DNA from: a virus
Length of the DNA stretch: 64,000 nt
Strand: one strand, 5' to 3'
IMG/VR virus record: IMGVR_UViG_3300039191_000223
Location: 38,700-102,699 of that record
Of this stretch, positions 45,331 through 55,457 are shown one piece after another. The notes beneath the pieces were generated by a model. That model was not told the origin of the DNA and did no database searches. It saw nothing but the letters and a program-made list of their open reading frames with translations. A program made the translations under genes and the position numbers. Numbering within the stretch: position 1 is the stretch's first letter; each line of letters opens with the position of its first letter.

Positions 45331-45993
45331 TTAATCGTCTCCGAGCGCAAACCCAAATAGGTGCAAGAGGCTCGTGAACAAGTTAATAATATCCAGATAC
45401 AGTGAGATGGTTGCTGAGATATAATTCGTCTCACCCCCATTTACAATGCGGCTGGTGTCGTAAAGGATGTAACCACACATCAATAGAGCTACAATAGAAG
45501 ACAATGCTAGTGACAAAGCAGGAATTGCCAAAAAGATGTTTGCAATCATTGCAACTACTGCAACAAGCAAACCTACAAATAGGAATCCGCCCATGAAGGA
45601 AAAATCCTTTTTAGTTGTCAGTACATAGCCAGACAATCCAAAGAACGCAATAGCAGTCGTACCAAACGCCAGAGTCACAATCTCTGCACCGTTTGGGAGC
45701 CCAGCATACATGGCGACCAATGGACCGGTAAAGTACCCCATCATACCAGTGAACAAGAAGGTCATTGGCAACCCAAGCCAACTATTTTTAGTGAATTGTA
45801 CGCCAAACAAGGCGGCAATTATAAAGACGAATCCCATAATACCAATCGGTCCAGCGCCCGTCATGATCGCAATGGCCCCAGTAAATGCACTGAATACCAA
45901 CGTCATTGACAATAGAGCGTAAGTGTTTCGCAAGACACTGGTCGTCTGGACATCCATTACATTTCCAATATTACTCTGAACCTGCATCGTCAT
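45331..45993 (-). CDS. yccA: Bax inhibitor-1/YccA family membrane protein
   Basis: VLRNTYALLSMTL...TTKKDFSFMGGFL...ILYDTSRIVNGGETNYISATISLY. Confidence 0.93.
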   Translation of the reverse strand: MTMQVQSNIGNVMDVQTTSVLRNTYALLSMTLVFSAFTGAIAIMTGAGPIGIMGFVFIIAALFGVQFTKNSWLGLPMTFLFTGMMGYFTGPLVAMYAGLPNGAEIVTLAFGTTAIAFFGLSGYVLTTKKDFSFMGGFLFVGLLVAVVAMIANIFLAIPALSLALSSIVALLMCGYILYDTSRIVNGGETNYISATISLYLDIINLFTSLLHLFGFALGDD

Positions 45994-46142
45994 TCTCCTT
46001 TAGGGCATCTGTGAGTAAGTCTTTAAATTTCTGCATTTCTTCAACGGTGAGCCCGAAATAAACCCCGGCTTTTACGAACACGTATACGTCCGTTTCCCCG
46101 CTTATCTATAACTCTTTCAAGTTTGATTTCTCTCATAATAAT

Positions 46143-46218
46143 TGGTGACTCGGGTGGGACTCGAACCCACAACCAGCGATATTAGAAGTCGCGGCTCTGC
46201 CCCTTGAGCTACCGAGTC
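46143..46218 (-). tRNA. tRNA with CTA anticodon (putative amber suppressor; alternative reading Arg TCT)
   Basis: 76-nt canonical spacing puts TTCTAAT at 32-38; C31:A39 mismatch. Confidence 0.7.
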
Positions 46219-46722
46219 TTATCTCCTTTTACGTTTTAGGTTTTTCTTGACCTTTGATCTTGCCAGCTTGAGTTTTACTTCACCAGCATAGCACGTAAAG
46301 ACGATTCCGTCAAGATGATCCAGTTCATGCTGATAACAGCGAGCAACCAGCCCATTCATTTCCGCCGTGATATGATTTCCGTCTAAATCGTAATATTCAG
46401 CAACAATGTATTCGGGTCGATTCAGCATTAGCTCCAGACCCGGAAATGAAAGACACCCTTCTTTGTAAGAGGATATGGTCTCGGACTTTTGCACAACAGA
46501 CGGGTTTATACATACGTATTTCTTACCTGCAATCTGCATAATGAACATTCTAACATTATCACCGATTTGAGGACAAGCCAAACCAATACCATTACTGGAT
46601 CGCATGGTCTTAAACATTTCCTCAGAAAAGTTGATAAACTCATGGTTACCGAATATTTCTTCAGGAACCGGAGTACTGACGACAGTCAGTTCATCAGCAG
46701 TTTCAGGTAGAAGTTTGATCAT
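46219..46722 (-). CDS. def: peptide deformylase
   Basis: GIGLACPQIG, EGCLS, QHELDHLDG. Confidence 0.96.
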   Translation of the reverse strand: MIKLLPETADELTVVSTPVPEEIFGNHEFINFSEEMFKTMRSSNGIGLACPQIGDNVRMFIMQIAGKKYVCINPSVVQKSETISSYKEGCLSFPGLELMLNRPEYIVAEYYDLDGNHITAEMNGLVARCYQHELDHLDGIVFTCYAGEVKLKLARSKVKKNLKRKRR

Positions 46723-47071
46723 TTTTCAATGCCTTTTCTTGTACCTTATTTACCCACTTGGCTCGCTTGCGATCTAGTCCATAAAGAACACACACATAGA
46801 TTTCGGATGCGGGCTTCTCAGGGTAAAGACGGGCGAGAGCATCCATCATACAGATGATAACATCAGCAGCTTCGTGAAACGGTGCATCCAATTCACGTGG
46901 CTTGTTGGTAATCTTGCCACGTTCAATCTGTACAGCTTCAGAAAACTCACCAAGTTCCTCGGTGGCCTTTGCCAACACATCACTAATTTCCCAACCATCA
47001 GCCTCTGCTAGAGGTTGCAACTTTCGTGAATCTCTGATAGTTTCGTACATGGCTTCTCGTTCAAACAGCAT
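46703..47071 (-). CDS. MazG-like NTP pyrophosphohydrolase
   Basis: KATEELGEFSEA...EAADV. Confidence 0.8.
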   Translation of the reverse strand: MLFEREAMYETIRDSRKLQPLAEADGWEISDVLAKATEELGEFSEAVQIERGKITNKPRELDAPFHEAADVIICMMDALARLYPEKPASEIYVCVLYGLDRKRAKWVNKVQEKALKNDQTST

Positions 47072-47173
47072 TATTAGCCCCCCATATCTCGTTTGAGCGG
47101 CAAGTATAGTCCATCTTGACAATGATGTAAAGAGCAAATAGAATGGATTTCGCTTAATCAAGGAGAGCGCCCT

Positions 47174-47596
47174 ATGCAAGTGAAACATGTTATCACTGAA
47201 AGTGGTTCAAACATTACCGAAGTGCAGTTAGATTTTAACGAGTTAACCTCGATCCAGATTGGAGCGCTCCGGGCAATTTCTGCTGGTCGTCTCGACTTTG
47301 ATAATGCATCTGACCGAATGATGGATGTTATTTACGAGCTTCAACATTACAACCTATTGGATAGGTCTATGGAACTTACCGTCACAGGTAATAAAGCTGT
47401 TGGACTCGCAGATCGGCTAGGTGGTAGTGCAGAACGTCGTAGAGCAGCATCAAAGGAAACCACACCTGATCCAGAAGAGGTTGATAACAGTGATGCAGAT
47501 TATGATACCGATTACGAAAGTGATTTTACATATGACAAAGGCGATCTGCCAGAATTCAATACTAATCGGTTAGAGTTATCGGATTATGCCATATAA
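47174..47596 (+). CDS. hypothetical protein
   Basis: AGGAG RBS, acidic tail. Confidence 0.75.
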   Translation: MQVKHVITESGSNITEVQLDFNELTSIQIGALRAISAGRLDFDNASDRMMDVIYELQHYNLLDRSMELTVTGNKAVGLADRLGGSAERRRAASKETTPDPEEVDNSDADYDTDYESDFTYDKGDLPEFNTNRLELSDYAI

Positions 47597-47620
47597 AAAA
47601 GGGGGCTAACCCCCCTTTTT
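47595..47620. terminator. bidirectional terminator
   Basis: AAAAAAGGGGG-CTAA-CCCCCCTTTTT between convergent genes. Confidence 0.75.
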
Positions 47621-48261
47621 CATTTAGCGGTAATACTCCTAATGAACTTGAGTAAGTTCTCTTTGAGATATTTTTGTGCTGCTGGGTCGTGTTGAACTGC
47701 TTCAGCAAGTGTGAGCACTTCACGCCCCTTTGCGTCCTGCTGTAGTGATTCATAGATGGGGTTCAGCATAGCGCCATGTGCTGATGGTGTGACAACAAGA
47801 TCACATGTAACAAGCATGAATCCTTTAACCATACCATCGTCACCAACATCACCAGTTCCGCGACTAGAAATCCCGTAGCGTGCGCCACTCTCTGCCATGA
47901 CCTTAGCAATCTGACCCATTGGGGTTTCTAGTAGTTCGGCCTTACCCACAGCGTTTGCGCCATTCATGCGCAATTCTTTGATGACATGAGATACACGGTC
48001 CATGTTAATCGTTAGAGTTTGTGGGTGGTCAAGCTCACCAAAAATACCACCATGTGTCTTGATCTGGTTCGCAGCGTTGTTTACTGCACTGCTGATTTCA
48101 GCCAATGGGTATACTCGCCCATTGCGATTCTGAATATCAGCCTGCATAAAGATACCAGACATTAGTACCTTATTTTTACCGGTCGTAGCATCCTTCTTGA
48201 CTTCGGTAATAATATTACCTTCGTCTGGCTGGAGTGCCTCTCTTAGAAAATCGGTGCTCAT
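47620..48261 (-). CDS. prohead core protease (gp21-like)
   Basis: GIFMQA...NRNGRVYP, GELDHP, VSH, ETPMG, GISSRGTG, DLVVTPS. Confidence 0.95.
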   Translation of the reverse strand: MSTDFLREALQPDEGNIITEVKKDATTGKNKVLMSGIFMQADIQNRNGRVYPLAEISSAVNNAANQIKTHGGIFGELDHPQTLTINMDRVSHVIKELRMNGANAVGKAELLETPMGQIAKVMAESGARYGISSRGTGDVGDDGMVKGFMLVTCDLVVTPSAHGAMLNPIYESLQQDAKGREVLTLAEAVQHDPAAQKYLKENLLKFIRSITAK

Positions 48262-48271
48262 AACAACCCCC

Positions 48272-48964
48272 TTAGTTGTGCTGCTTTCTCACATCGTGAG
48301 AGTCATACGACGCATCAGTTTCTATGTCAGATGCTCCACCCGGATGTGCTGCTTCAGAGCCCCCACGTACAGTGTCCTTGTGCTTCTTACGAACATCTGT
48401 GCTATCATAGTATCCCTTTAGATGGCGCTTATCTTTCATGCCATCACCTTCTTCGGAACCATGCTTATCCATGTTAGGGTCTTTGTACTTACCTTCATTT
48501 CCACCCTCATAGTCACCCATGCTCCCGTCTTTGTTCTGGCCCTTACGGACTGATGCCCAACGCTTTGCACGATCTGACTTCATTGCAGGCTGCTTTAGAA
48601 CAGCATCCTCAACTCGGCCTTCGGACAAGTCTAGTGTGCCTTCCTTGACGTTGAAGCGAGTTGCGATAAACGAATACAAGGATTCCATGTCATCAAATTC
48701 TTTTGAGAACTTACCGTCCACCGAAATAAAATCGATACCACTCGCCATATCATCATGGTCGATTTTTACACGACCAACTTTCTTGCCACTGACCATAACA
48801 TCGTCACCATCGAGTTTGATTTGGCTATCGCCAGTGAACTCTAGAACGTGCTTAGACTTCTCGCCAATAACGGATTTCATGATCGCTTGATCAGCATCAT
48901 CCTCTGTAGCGACAAGATCGATAAACTGCCCCAAGGCTTCATAAATTTTTGTTTTATCAGTCAT
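48272..48964 (-). CDS. putative prohead core/internal protein
   Basis: Position between portal and protease; charged composition. Confidence 0.65.
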   Translation of the reverse strand: MTDKTKIYEALGQFIDLVATEDDADQAIMKSVIGEKSKHVLEFTGDSQIKLDGDDVMVSGKKVGRVKIDHDDMASGIDFISVDGKFSKEFDDMESLYSFIATRFNVKEGTLDLSEGRVEDAVLKQPAMKSDRAKRWASVRKGQNKDGSMGDYEGGNEGKYKDPNMDKHGSEEGDGMKDKRHLKGYYDSTDVRKKHKDTVRGGSEAAHPGGASDIETDASYDSHDVRKQHN

Positions 48965-49217
48965 GCTGATTTCTCCTGTTAACTATCGCCTGCGATTGAG
49001 ATTTCCATCCACTGACGAAATTTACAAGGATTGTAATCCTCTTCACCGTCACCTTTTTCAATCTTGTCGCACTTGCGCTGTTGTTTTTCTGCTGCTCTGC
49101 CCTCACGGGAAGAGCTATCAATTTTTTCAAGCTCATCTTCCTCTTTGTCAACGACTTCCGAGAAAGAGTTAAAATACTTGTAGTATTCTTTCAAATACGT
49201 TTTGTAGCGAGGCCGAC

Positions 49218-49607
49218 TCATGCTCCACCTCCGCCACCGCCACCAGCACCACCGCCACCGCCACCGCCGCCGGAGCCGCCACCAGCACCACCGCCACCGC
49301 CACCGCCGCCGGAGCCGCCAGTACCACCAGAGCCGCCAGCAGAACCCCCGGCGCTTCCGCCAGAGGTTCCGCCCGCTGATGTACCACCCGAATCGCCACC
49401 ACTAGACATATCACCGGCTGACGAATCGTTGTTGCCCTGTGAATTAATACCTAGTCCAACACCAGTCCCATATACGTCTTTCTTCTTCTCACGCGGCTTC
49501 TTAGAAGCTTTGGAAGCATCATCTGTATAGGCATTGGGTAAATCGCCTCCTGAAAGGTTGGTTTTATTACCCTTTGATGTTACATTGACAAGTTCGTTGA
49601 GTTTCAC
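49218..49607 (-). CDS. glycine-rich low-complexity protein
   Basis: MKLNEL start; C-terminal G/S/A tract. Confidence 0.65.
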   Translation of the reverse strand: MKLNELVNVTSKGNKTNLSGGDLPNAYTDDASKASKKPREKKKDVYGTGVGLGINSQGNNDSSAGDMSSGGDSGGTSAGGTSGGSAGGSAGGSGGTGGSGGGGGGGGAGGGSGGGGGGGGAGGGGGGGA

Positions 49608-49609
49608 TA

Positions 49610-50092
49610 TTACTTACCGTCGGATTTTTTGTTTTCAGTTACTGGTTTACCGTCAACCGCATCTTTTTTCTTGTATAAGTTTGGTTTTTCACCTTTGTAA
49701 TCTTTATGATCGATCTTTCCAGACTTACTCACAGAGCCCTTCTTAGCAGTTACGTCGTCCAGACTTGCGTCATGAGAACCTTTCACAACTGGGCTGTCGG
49801 AGCCAGTGTCGTTAATTTCTTCAACAGGAGCCTTGCCTTTGACCTTACCGGCCTTTTGCTTAGCTTTCATATCTTTAGCACCAGCTTTGTGGTGACGACG
49901 AGCCGCTCGTGCTTGTTGCTTGCCAGCGGTCATCATGCTTTCATCTACTTCATCTTCAGGATCAAGCATTTCACTTACAATTGCCTTGGACTTATAACCC
50001 ATGACTTCTTTCTTAAGAGCGTCCGCCTCTTCGTGGTCGTCTCGTGATAGTGCCATAACCATGTCACGGATTTTACCTTTCATTTCACTCAT
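49610..50092 (-). CDS. putative prohead core protein
   Basis: GGAGG RBS; head operon. Confidence 0.65.
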   Translation of the reverse strand: MSEMKGKIRDMVMALSRDDHEEADALKKEVMGYKSKAIVSEMLDPEDEVDESMMTAGKQQARAARRHHKAGAKDMKAKQKAGKVKGKAPVEEINDTGSDSPVVKGSHDASLDDVTAKKGSVSKSGKIDHKDYKGEKPNLYKKKDAVDGKPVTENKKSDGK

Positions 50093-50537
50093 TAAAGAGT
50101 TCCTCCATATTAACTTTACCTCGTTCGAGGTCCGTGTAGAAGTTACGTTCAAATTCCTCAACAATAGATTGACGCACGTCTATGGGGAACATTGTTTCCC
50201 ATAGACGTGGATCGCGACCGTGCTCTGTAGCGTATTGCTTAGCTGCTTCAGAAACCACACGCATCCAAGCACGTTCAGCAAGCTCAGTGTTATACTCAGC
50301 CTTTTTATAATGCTTTACTAGTGTACGCTTAACGGCAGGAACCTGTTCGTTAACAGTATTATTACCCTCAATAAAGAGGGCAAGTTCTTTTCCTAGAGAC
50401 TCTTCGCTGAGAGTCTCGTGTAGTGATTTTGCCTTTTGAGAACCCTGAAGAAAATTAGAAAAACCTTCGCTAACCTTTCTGTCAGAATTCTCGGAAATAA
50501 TTTCGTTCAAAAATGATTTTTTCATTTTCAACCTCAT
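50085..50537 (-). CDS. hypothetical head-operon protein
   Basis: ATAAATA upstream. Confidence 0.7.
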   Translation of the reverse strand: MRLKMKKSFLNEIISENSDRKVSEGFSNFLQGSQKAKSLHETLSEESLGKELALFIEGNNTVNEQVPAVKRTLVKHYKKAEYNTELAERAWMRVVSEAAKQYATEHGRDPRLWETMFPIDVRQSIVEEFERNFYTDLERGKVNMEELFNE

Positions 50538-50599
50538 AAAATCATGTAGTTATGATTATTTATGGGTTCGGAGTTAAATAGTGTCAAAATTAAGCCTCG

Positions 50600-52306
50600 T
50601 TAGGGGGCTGGCTCTTCACCACCCTGATCCAGTGGTTGATCTTTATCTTGTTCTTCACCCTCTTCCCCGGTGTCGGTTTCTGGATCTTCCTCGCCCCCCT
50701 CGGGAGCTTCCCCACCTAAACCGCCGCTGCCGCCGCCGCTGCCGCCGCCGCTACCGCCGCCAAGTCCACCATCGAATCCGCCAGCCTCAGCATCTTCTGG
50801 CCGGTACAATAGTGCCAAATCGCGGTCGTCACCTGTACCATCAATTCCCTTCTCCTTACGAAGCATGTCTTCGTTGAGGCGAATTTCATCTTTGGATAGA
50901 CCGGCGTAACGCTCAAGGATGAATCTCTTCGAGAAGTACTCAACACCGTCAACACTGCTGAAGTTGTTAAGCATATCGGCATCAATAGCTTGCTGCCTCG
51001 ACTTGAAGTAGTCAGATGGTTCTGGGAGAACCAAACGATAAATGGTTGGATCAATCTTAAATCCCGAATCATGAATCCAACGCTTAAACTCTCTGTCAAG
51101 AACTTCCTCAACATATCGCTGTAGACGCTGAATGTACAACATGAATTTGATTTCTTGGATGTAAGCCAAACCTACACGGGAACTATTATCGATCTGCTCA
51201 CCATCCTGTGTGGTCGTACCCATATAAGAACCGGGGATTCTCAAAGCTCTCCACATCTTACGGTAGAAGTAGTCTAACTCTGTAAGCTCACCAAGACCTT
51301 GACCACCCGGCAAAGTCTCCACGCGTGAGCTATTACCGTTGGGTCGGACTGCGAAATAGAAATCTTCGTTCATGCTTTGTGGGTTGTATACTGATTCAGA
51401 CTGCCACTTTCCACCGTATTTGGCAGGAATCTTCTTCTGCTTGATTTGGTTTCTAAACTTCTCAAGTACTCCCGGAACCAAATGGTCAGGACGATTGCCC
51501 ACGTCAATGTAGAACACCCTCTTTTCGGGTGCTCTAGAAATACGATAGATTAGAATGGAGTCTTCAAGAAGTTCTTTCTGTTTGAATACTTTATATGCTG
51601 GCCTTAGAACAGACGTTCCAAATGGTGCCTCTTCGGACATATCATCCGATATACTGAATCTAATAATCTGGTCTCGGTCCATAACCTTGACGTTTTGATC
51701 ACCAATATCACCGTGTGCCGAAAAACCAGAGCCTGACTGCCAATGCTGATTAGGCTTCAGGTAGTCCTGTTGTATGTGCCACCCACGGATATCGGTAATA
51801 TCGTCCTCGGTGACGATAGCGCCCACTACGTGCTTTGGATGAACATACTTAAACGGCTTGTTTAATTTATCTGACCTCTCAAAAAAACAATCACCATATT
51901 TTATCAGGTTTCGTGCCAGACTGAAAAGGCGTCCCCCTTGCCAATTGTGAATTTTACACCACGTCTTCATCGCTGTACGTAATGTGGTAAACACATGTGA
52001 TGGGGCGTTTTCTTCAGAGCCCGCCTCAATCATAAGCTCCAAAGGCATACGAGACTTGGGGTTGTTGCCCGTCATTTCCTCTGCCATAATATCAAGCGCA
52101 CGCGCAACATCAATATCGTTATCCATTACATCGTACTCACGGTATCGTACCAGTCGTGTGGTAGAACCTTGAATGATGCGTTGATACCAAGTGTGATTGC
52201 CGTACAGACCCCGGCTACCAGAGGTATCCTGACTATCGTTGACTGATACGTTGGGAGCCTGCGGCGATACAACCTTAAAGTATGTGTTAATGCTATTTGA
52301 TGCCAC
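50600..52306 (-). CDS. portal vertex protein (gp20-like)
   Basis: LLEDSILIYRISRAPEKRVFYIDVG, VETLPGGQ, YIQEIKF. Confidence 0.95.
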   Translation of the reverse strand: MASNSINTYFKVVSPQAPNVSVNDSQDTSGSRGLYGNHTWYQRIIQGSTTRLVRYREYDVMDNDIDVARALDIMAEEMTGNNPKSRMPLELMIEAGSEENAPSHVFTTLRTAMKTWCKIHNWQGGRLFSLARNLIKYGDCFFERSDKLNKPFKYVHPKHVVGAIVTEDDITDIRGWHIQQDYLKPNQHWQSGSGFSAHGDIGDQNVKVMDRDQIIRFSISDDMSEEAPFGTSVLRPAYKVFKQKELLEDSILIYRISRAPEKRVFYIDVGNRPDHLVPGVLEKFRNQIKQKKIPAKYGGKWQSESVYNPQSMNEDFYFAVRPNGNSSRVETLPGGQGLGELTELDYFYRKMWRALRIPGSYMGTTTQDGEQIDNSSRVGLAYIQEIKFMLYIQRLQRYVEEVLDREFKRWIHDSGFKIDPTIYRLVLPEPSDYFKSRQQAIDADMLNNFSSVDGVEYFSKRFILERYAGLSKDEIRLNEDMLRKEKGIDGTGDDRDLALLYRPEDAEAGGFDGGLGGGSGGGSGGGSGGLGGEAPEGGEEDPETDTGEEGEEQDKDQPLDQGGEEPAP

Positions 52307-52358
52307 GGTATAATCCTATTCTTTGGTATATTTATGTCAACGAACTACATATGATCTC

Positions 52359-54215
52359 TTATACAAGATCGTCCGTTCGACGCAGATACAATTTCTGGTA
52401 AAAAGATCGCTGACCTTTGATTACACCAAACATATTCACAACACGTACCAGATGGTAAAAACCATCATAATAGAATTTTTCAGGAATATTGGATTCGTCA
52501 TTTAGTGCTTGAGACTTCTGAAAAATGGTTAGACGAACATACGCTGGTTCAAACTCAGGACGCGGGTAGTTGAATACATTACCCGCATCACCGTTAACTA
52601 TATCCACTGGATTTCGGTTAAAATCTGAAAGTATGGTGGGGTTGCCTCTAATCACAAGCTCGTACTCGCTGGTCTGGATATAAGTGTAAGGGTCCACCAT
52701 GTTCTTTATGTTACCTGCACTTTTTGCATTCTCTAGACCATTGATGCTGTACGGTTCAATCATTGGTCGGATACCACTGTAAAGTGTAGTGAAGAAGGAT
52801 AAATCCGGGCGACGCTCAGCCATAGGCTGTTCGCGATCAGCATATATTATCTTGGCCTGTGAATTTTCAGCGTTTGGACTTTCAAGCATGCTATCACCAA
52901 CTTCATATGATAGTATTGATTTAAATGAAATTATGTCCGTATCACGTTCCTCTGGATCATTAATATAAAAGTGTATAGGGTCACCAGCACCCGGCCCAGT
53001 ATCTAGGTCGGATGAATTGGAAGGTAAGGTGTACCTTCTAATTTTGATAACTATTCGGTATCGATTACTGCTAGTTAATATAGCAGAAATGCATATCTTA
53101 TATGCTTTACGAGGAACTAACGCAGCATCATCGCCAACCCGCGTGGACAACATCATAATCCGTTCTATCATCTCAACTATAGTAGCGCCCGGTTTAACCG
53201 GAAAGGAACGTATTCCCACAAGTTCTTGGCGAATATCTGGCTGTTCAAATGGCATGTTGCGATTATCTACAGCGTACCCGTCATAGCTAGAATCCAAGTC
53301 TATCTCGAAATCTATTGGCAATTCCTTTGGTGTGGGGGGTTTGTTTTGCTGTGGGGCCACGGCAATTTTATCAGTGTTTCCCTCACTACGTAATTCTCGA
53401 ACCCATTGTTGCAATTGTGCCTGATGTACAAACTTTTGATTATTCAAGTCCGTTTGAAACGCTTCGAATATATCCTTCAAGGTTCGCATGGGCTTGGATT
53501 TGTCCAAGCGTTGTTTCCGAGCGTCTATAAATTTGCGGTTTTCTTCTTTCCGCGATAATATTCCACCACTGCCAGTGCCAGACGGTATCTCGTTATGTAG
53601 ATTACCATCCTTATGTGTAATATTCATTTGATATAAAGAAGAAAACGATTTAAGCTGGCCCAAGGTGTTGGACACCGAAATAGCGTTCAGTATGTGATGA
53701 GTAGGTGTCACTCCACCATTGGAAGGAACAGATTCAATAGTATCCAGATAGAAAAAGAAAGGGTTTGTCCGTACTACAACCTCTACAGGCTCAGTCCCAT
53801 CATCAGTGTCTTTAAAGAAAAATGTTGTAAGAACAAATGTTAGATGAGATAAAGACCATGGTTCGTCAGTGATTTTGTTGAGAACATCATTCCGCAGATG
53901 GTTCAAAAAACCGTACCCCACAACCCTGTCGGCAACAACAATCTTACCCGTACTTGCCGTAGTGGAAACTCCTATGTTTGGGATGAAATCGAAATCCCAC
54001 ATAGCCTCCGATATTGAAAAACGGGTATCAACAAATTCGTTCACAACAACAACGTTATTACCAGCATTTGGTATACTCTGCCCGAGACCTATACTCGTAG
54101 GATCGAATTTGGCAAAATTAAACGTTGCCGCTTCCTGTGAGTTACGGAACGCAACAAGAACATGGGTGTGAGTGGATGATCCAGAAGAATCAAGTATATT
54201 TGAAGGTACCGACAT
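52359..54215 (-). CDS. putative baseplate hub-like structural protein
   Basis: 618 aa; C-terminal IRGNP...YYDGFYHLVRVVNMF...FYQKL; context. Confidence 0.55.
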   Translation of the reverse strand: MSVPSNILDSSGSSTHTHVLVAFRNSQEAATFNFAKFDPTSIGLGQSIPNAGNNVVVVNEFVDTRFSISEAMWDFDFIPNIGVSTTASTGKIVVADRVVGYGFLNHLRNDVLNKITDEPWSLSHLTFVLTTFFFKDTDDGTEPVEVVVRTNPFFFYLDTIESVPSNGGVTPTHHILNAISVSNTLGQLKSFSSLYQMNITHKDGNLHNEIPSGTGSGGILSRKEENRKFIDARKQRLDKSKPMRTLKDIFEAFQTDLNNQKFVHQAQLQQWVRELRSEGNTDKIAVAPQQNKPPTPKELPIDFEIDLDSSYDGYAVDNRNMPFEQPDIRQELVGIRSFPVKPGATIVEMIERIMMLSTRVGDDAALVPRKAYKICISAILTSSNRYRIVIKIRRYTLPSNSSDLDTGPGAGDPIHFYINDPEERDTDIISFKSILSYEVGDSMLESPNAENSQAKIIYADREQPMAERRPDLSFFTTLYSGIRPMIEPYSINGLENAKSAGNIKNMVDPYTYIQTSEYELVIRGNPTILSDFNRNPVDIVNGDAGNVFNYPRPEFEPAYVRLTIFQKSQALNDESNIPEKFYYDGFYHLVRVVNMFGVIKGQRSFYQKLYLRRTDDLV

Positions 54216-54221
54216 GTGTTA

Positions 54222-54575
54222 TTACCTGAACCGTCTAGCTTTAGGTTTTGAAAGAAATTCTAAGAATACTCGACTTTTTGAAGGCAACGATATATTCGAA
54301 CCTGTAGTGAACTCAGTATTGACATCGATTATGTTATTGTATTGAAGAATAACCCACCCTAGATCATTTCTACCGTAAAAGTCATAAGAAACCAAATCAG
54401 GCTTACCACTGTATGTTGTAGTGAGAGTGAATGGTGTATCCGAGCTATCCTCAGAAAATACTTCCCGCTCCCACCAACCTATACGGGATTCGGTAGATTC
54501 CGCCGTGCCACCTTGCAAAATTCTGCTCCTTTCTTTTTGAAGTGAGCTTTTATCCAAATATTCTTTAAATGCCAT
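54222..54575 (-). CDS. baseplate wedge gp53/LysM-like protein
   Basis: GKPDLVSYDFYG...LGWVILQYNNI. Confidence 0.8.
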   Translation of the reverse strand: MAFKEYLDKSSLQKERSRILQGGTAESTESRIGWWEREVFSEDSSDTPFTLTTTYSGKPDLVSYDFYGRNDLGWVILQYNNIIDVNTEFTTGSNISLPSKSRVFLEFLSKPKARRFR

Positions 54576-54576
54576 G

Positions 54577-55311
54577 TTAATATCCCGGTAGGCGTCCTGC
54601 TCTAAATAGTCCCAAGTTGAATTCATCCACTGGTGGATCAGATACTCCACTATATTGAATAATATTGAGGCTAGTGTGTGATTCAATTAATTCAAGAGTA
54701 ACCGATTGTATAATGGGTACCATTGCAACGTCGGTTTCAATGTAGTCAACATCTTCAGGAAAACTAAAACTAAGACTACTTATAACAGTAGGTATATTGT
54801 AAAACTGATTCCCGTACCCATTCAGCCGCAAGATTGGGGGCCTGCCGGAAAGACTACCCAAAGATTGAGGCACCGTCCAGCTTCTCAATAAATTAGTACT
54901 TAGATAATTCAAAGTGGCTTCGGTGTAATTTCTAGAAACAAATCTCGAAGTAATGGAAAAACTCCGGTTGCCTGTTTTTCGATAGACAACTATACCATTT
55001 GGGCTTTGAAGTCCTTGGTTGTCATAGTCGATTGTTCGACTTTCAGATACTTCTGGCGTTACGTTAAATATTACCTCATTTAGAAAATTACCCGAGTTTG
55101 TTTCTCCGGGCACACTTTCATTTGCTATTGTCTGTTGAGATTCTACAGAAACGCCTGTACGTAAATACTGCACGGCGGCATCATCAAGCTGTGATGAGTT
55201 ACGTCCCCCTTTAGTAGCGGCCAACACTCTATTTGATGGCGTACTACCAACATCATCTCTAAATTGTCGAAGCCTGACCTCATAGTAACTGCTTTTCAAC
55301 GCCTGTGTCAT
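54577..55311 (-). CDS. putative tail tube initiator/baseplate protein
   Basis: RPPILRLNGYG...PTVISSLSFSFPEDVDY; context. Confidence 0.65.
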   Translation of the reverse strand: MTQALKSSYYEVRLRQFRDDVGSTPSNRVLAATKGGRNSSQLDDAAVQYLRTGVSVESQQTIANESVPGETNSGNFLNEVIFNVTPEVSESRTIDYDNQGLQSPNGIVVYRKTGNRSFSITSRFVSRNYTEATLNYLSTNLLRSWTVPQSLGSLSGRPPILRLNGYGNQFYNIPTVISSLSFSFPEDVDYIETDVAMVPIIQSVTLELIESHTSLNIIQYSGVSDPPVDEFNLGLFRAGRLPGY

Positions 55312-55376
55312 TTAGATTCACCTGTAGTATCTCCTATATTTATCAATACATACAAGTACTGGGAAAGCTCGCTAAT

Positions 55377-55406
55377 TTGCCAATCATACTTGTAGTATGA
55401 TATAAT
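55377..55406 (+). promoter_or_regulatory. sigma70-type promoter
   Basis: TTGCCA-18 nt-TATAAT upstream of the late sigma gene. Confidence 0.6.
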
Positions 55407-55457
55407 GTGCAAGCATCCTTATAACAAATAACAATAATAATACTATAGGAGCACTTA

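Noticed and set aside
49081-49530. Proline-rich and His/Arg-rich plus-strand ORFs
   Set aside because: Antisense shadows of the glycine-rich gene
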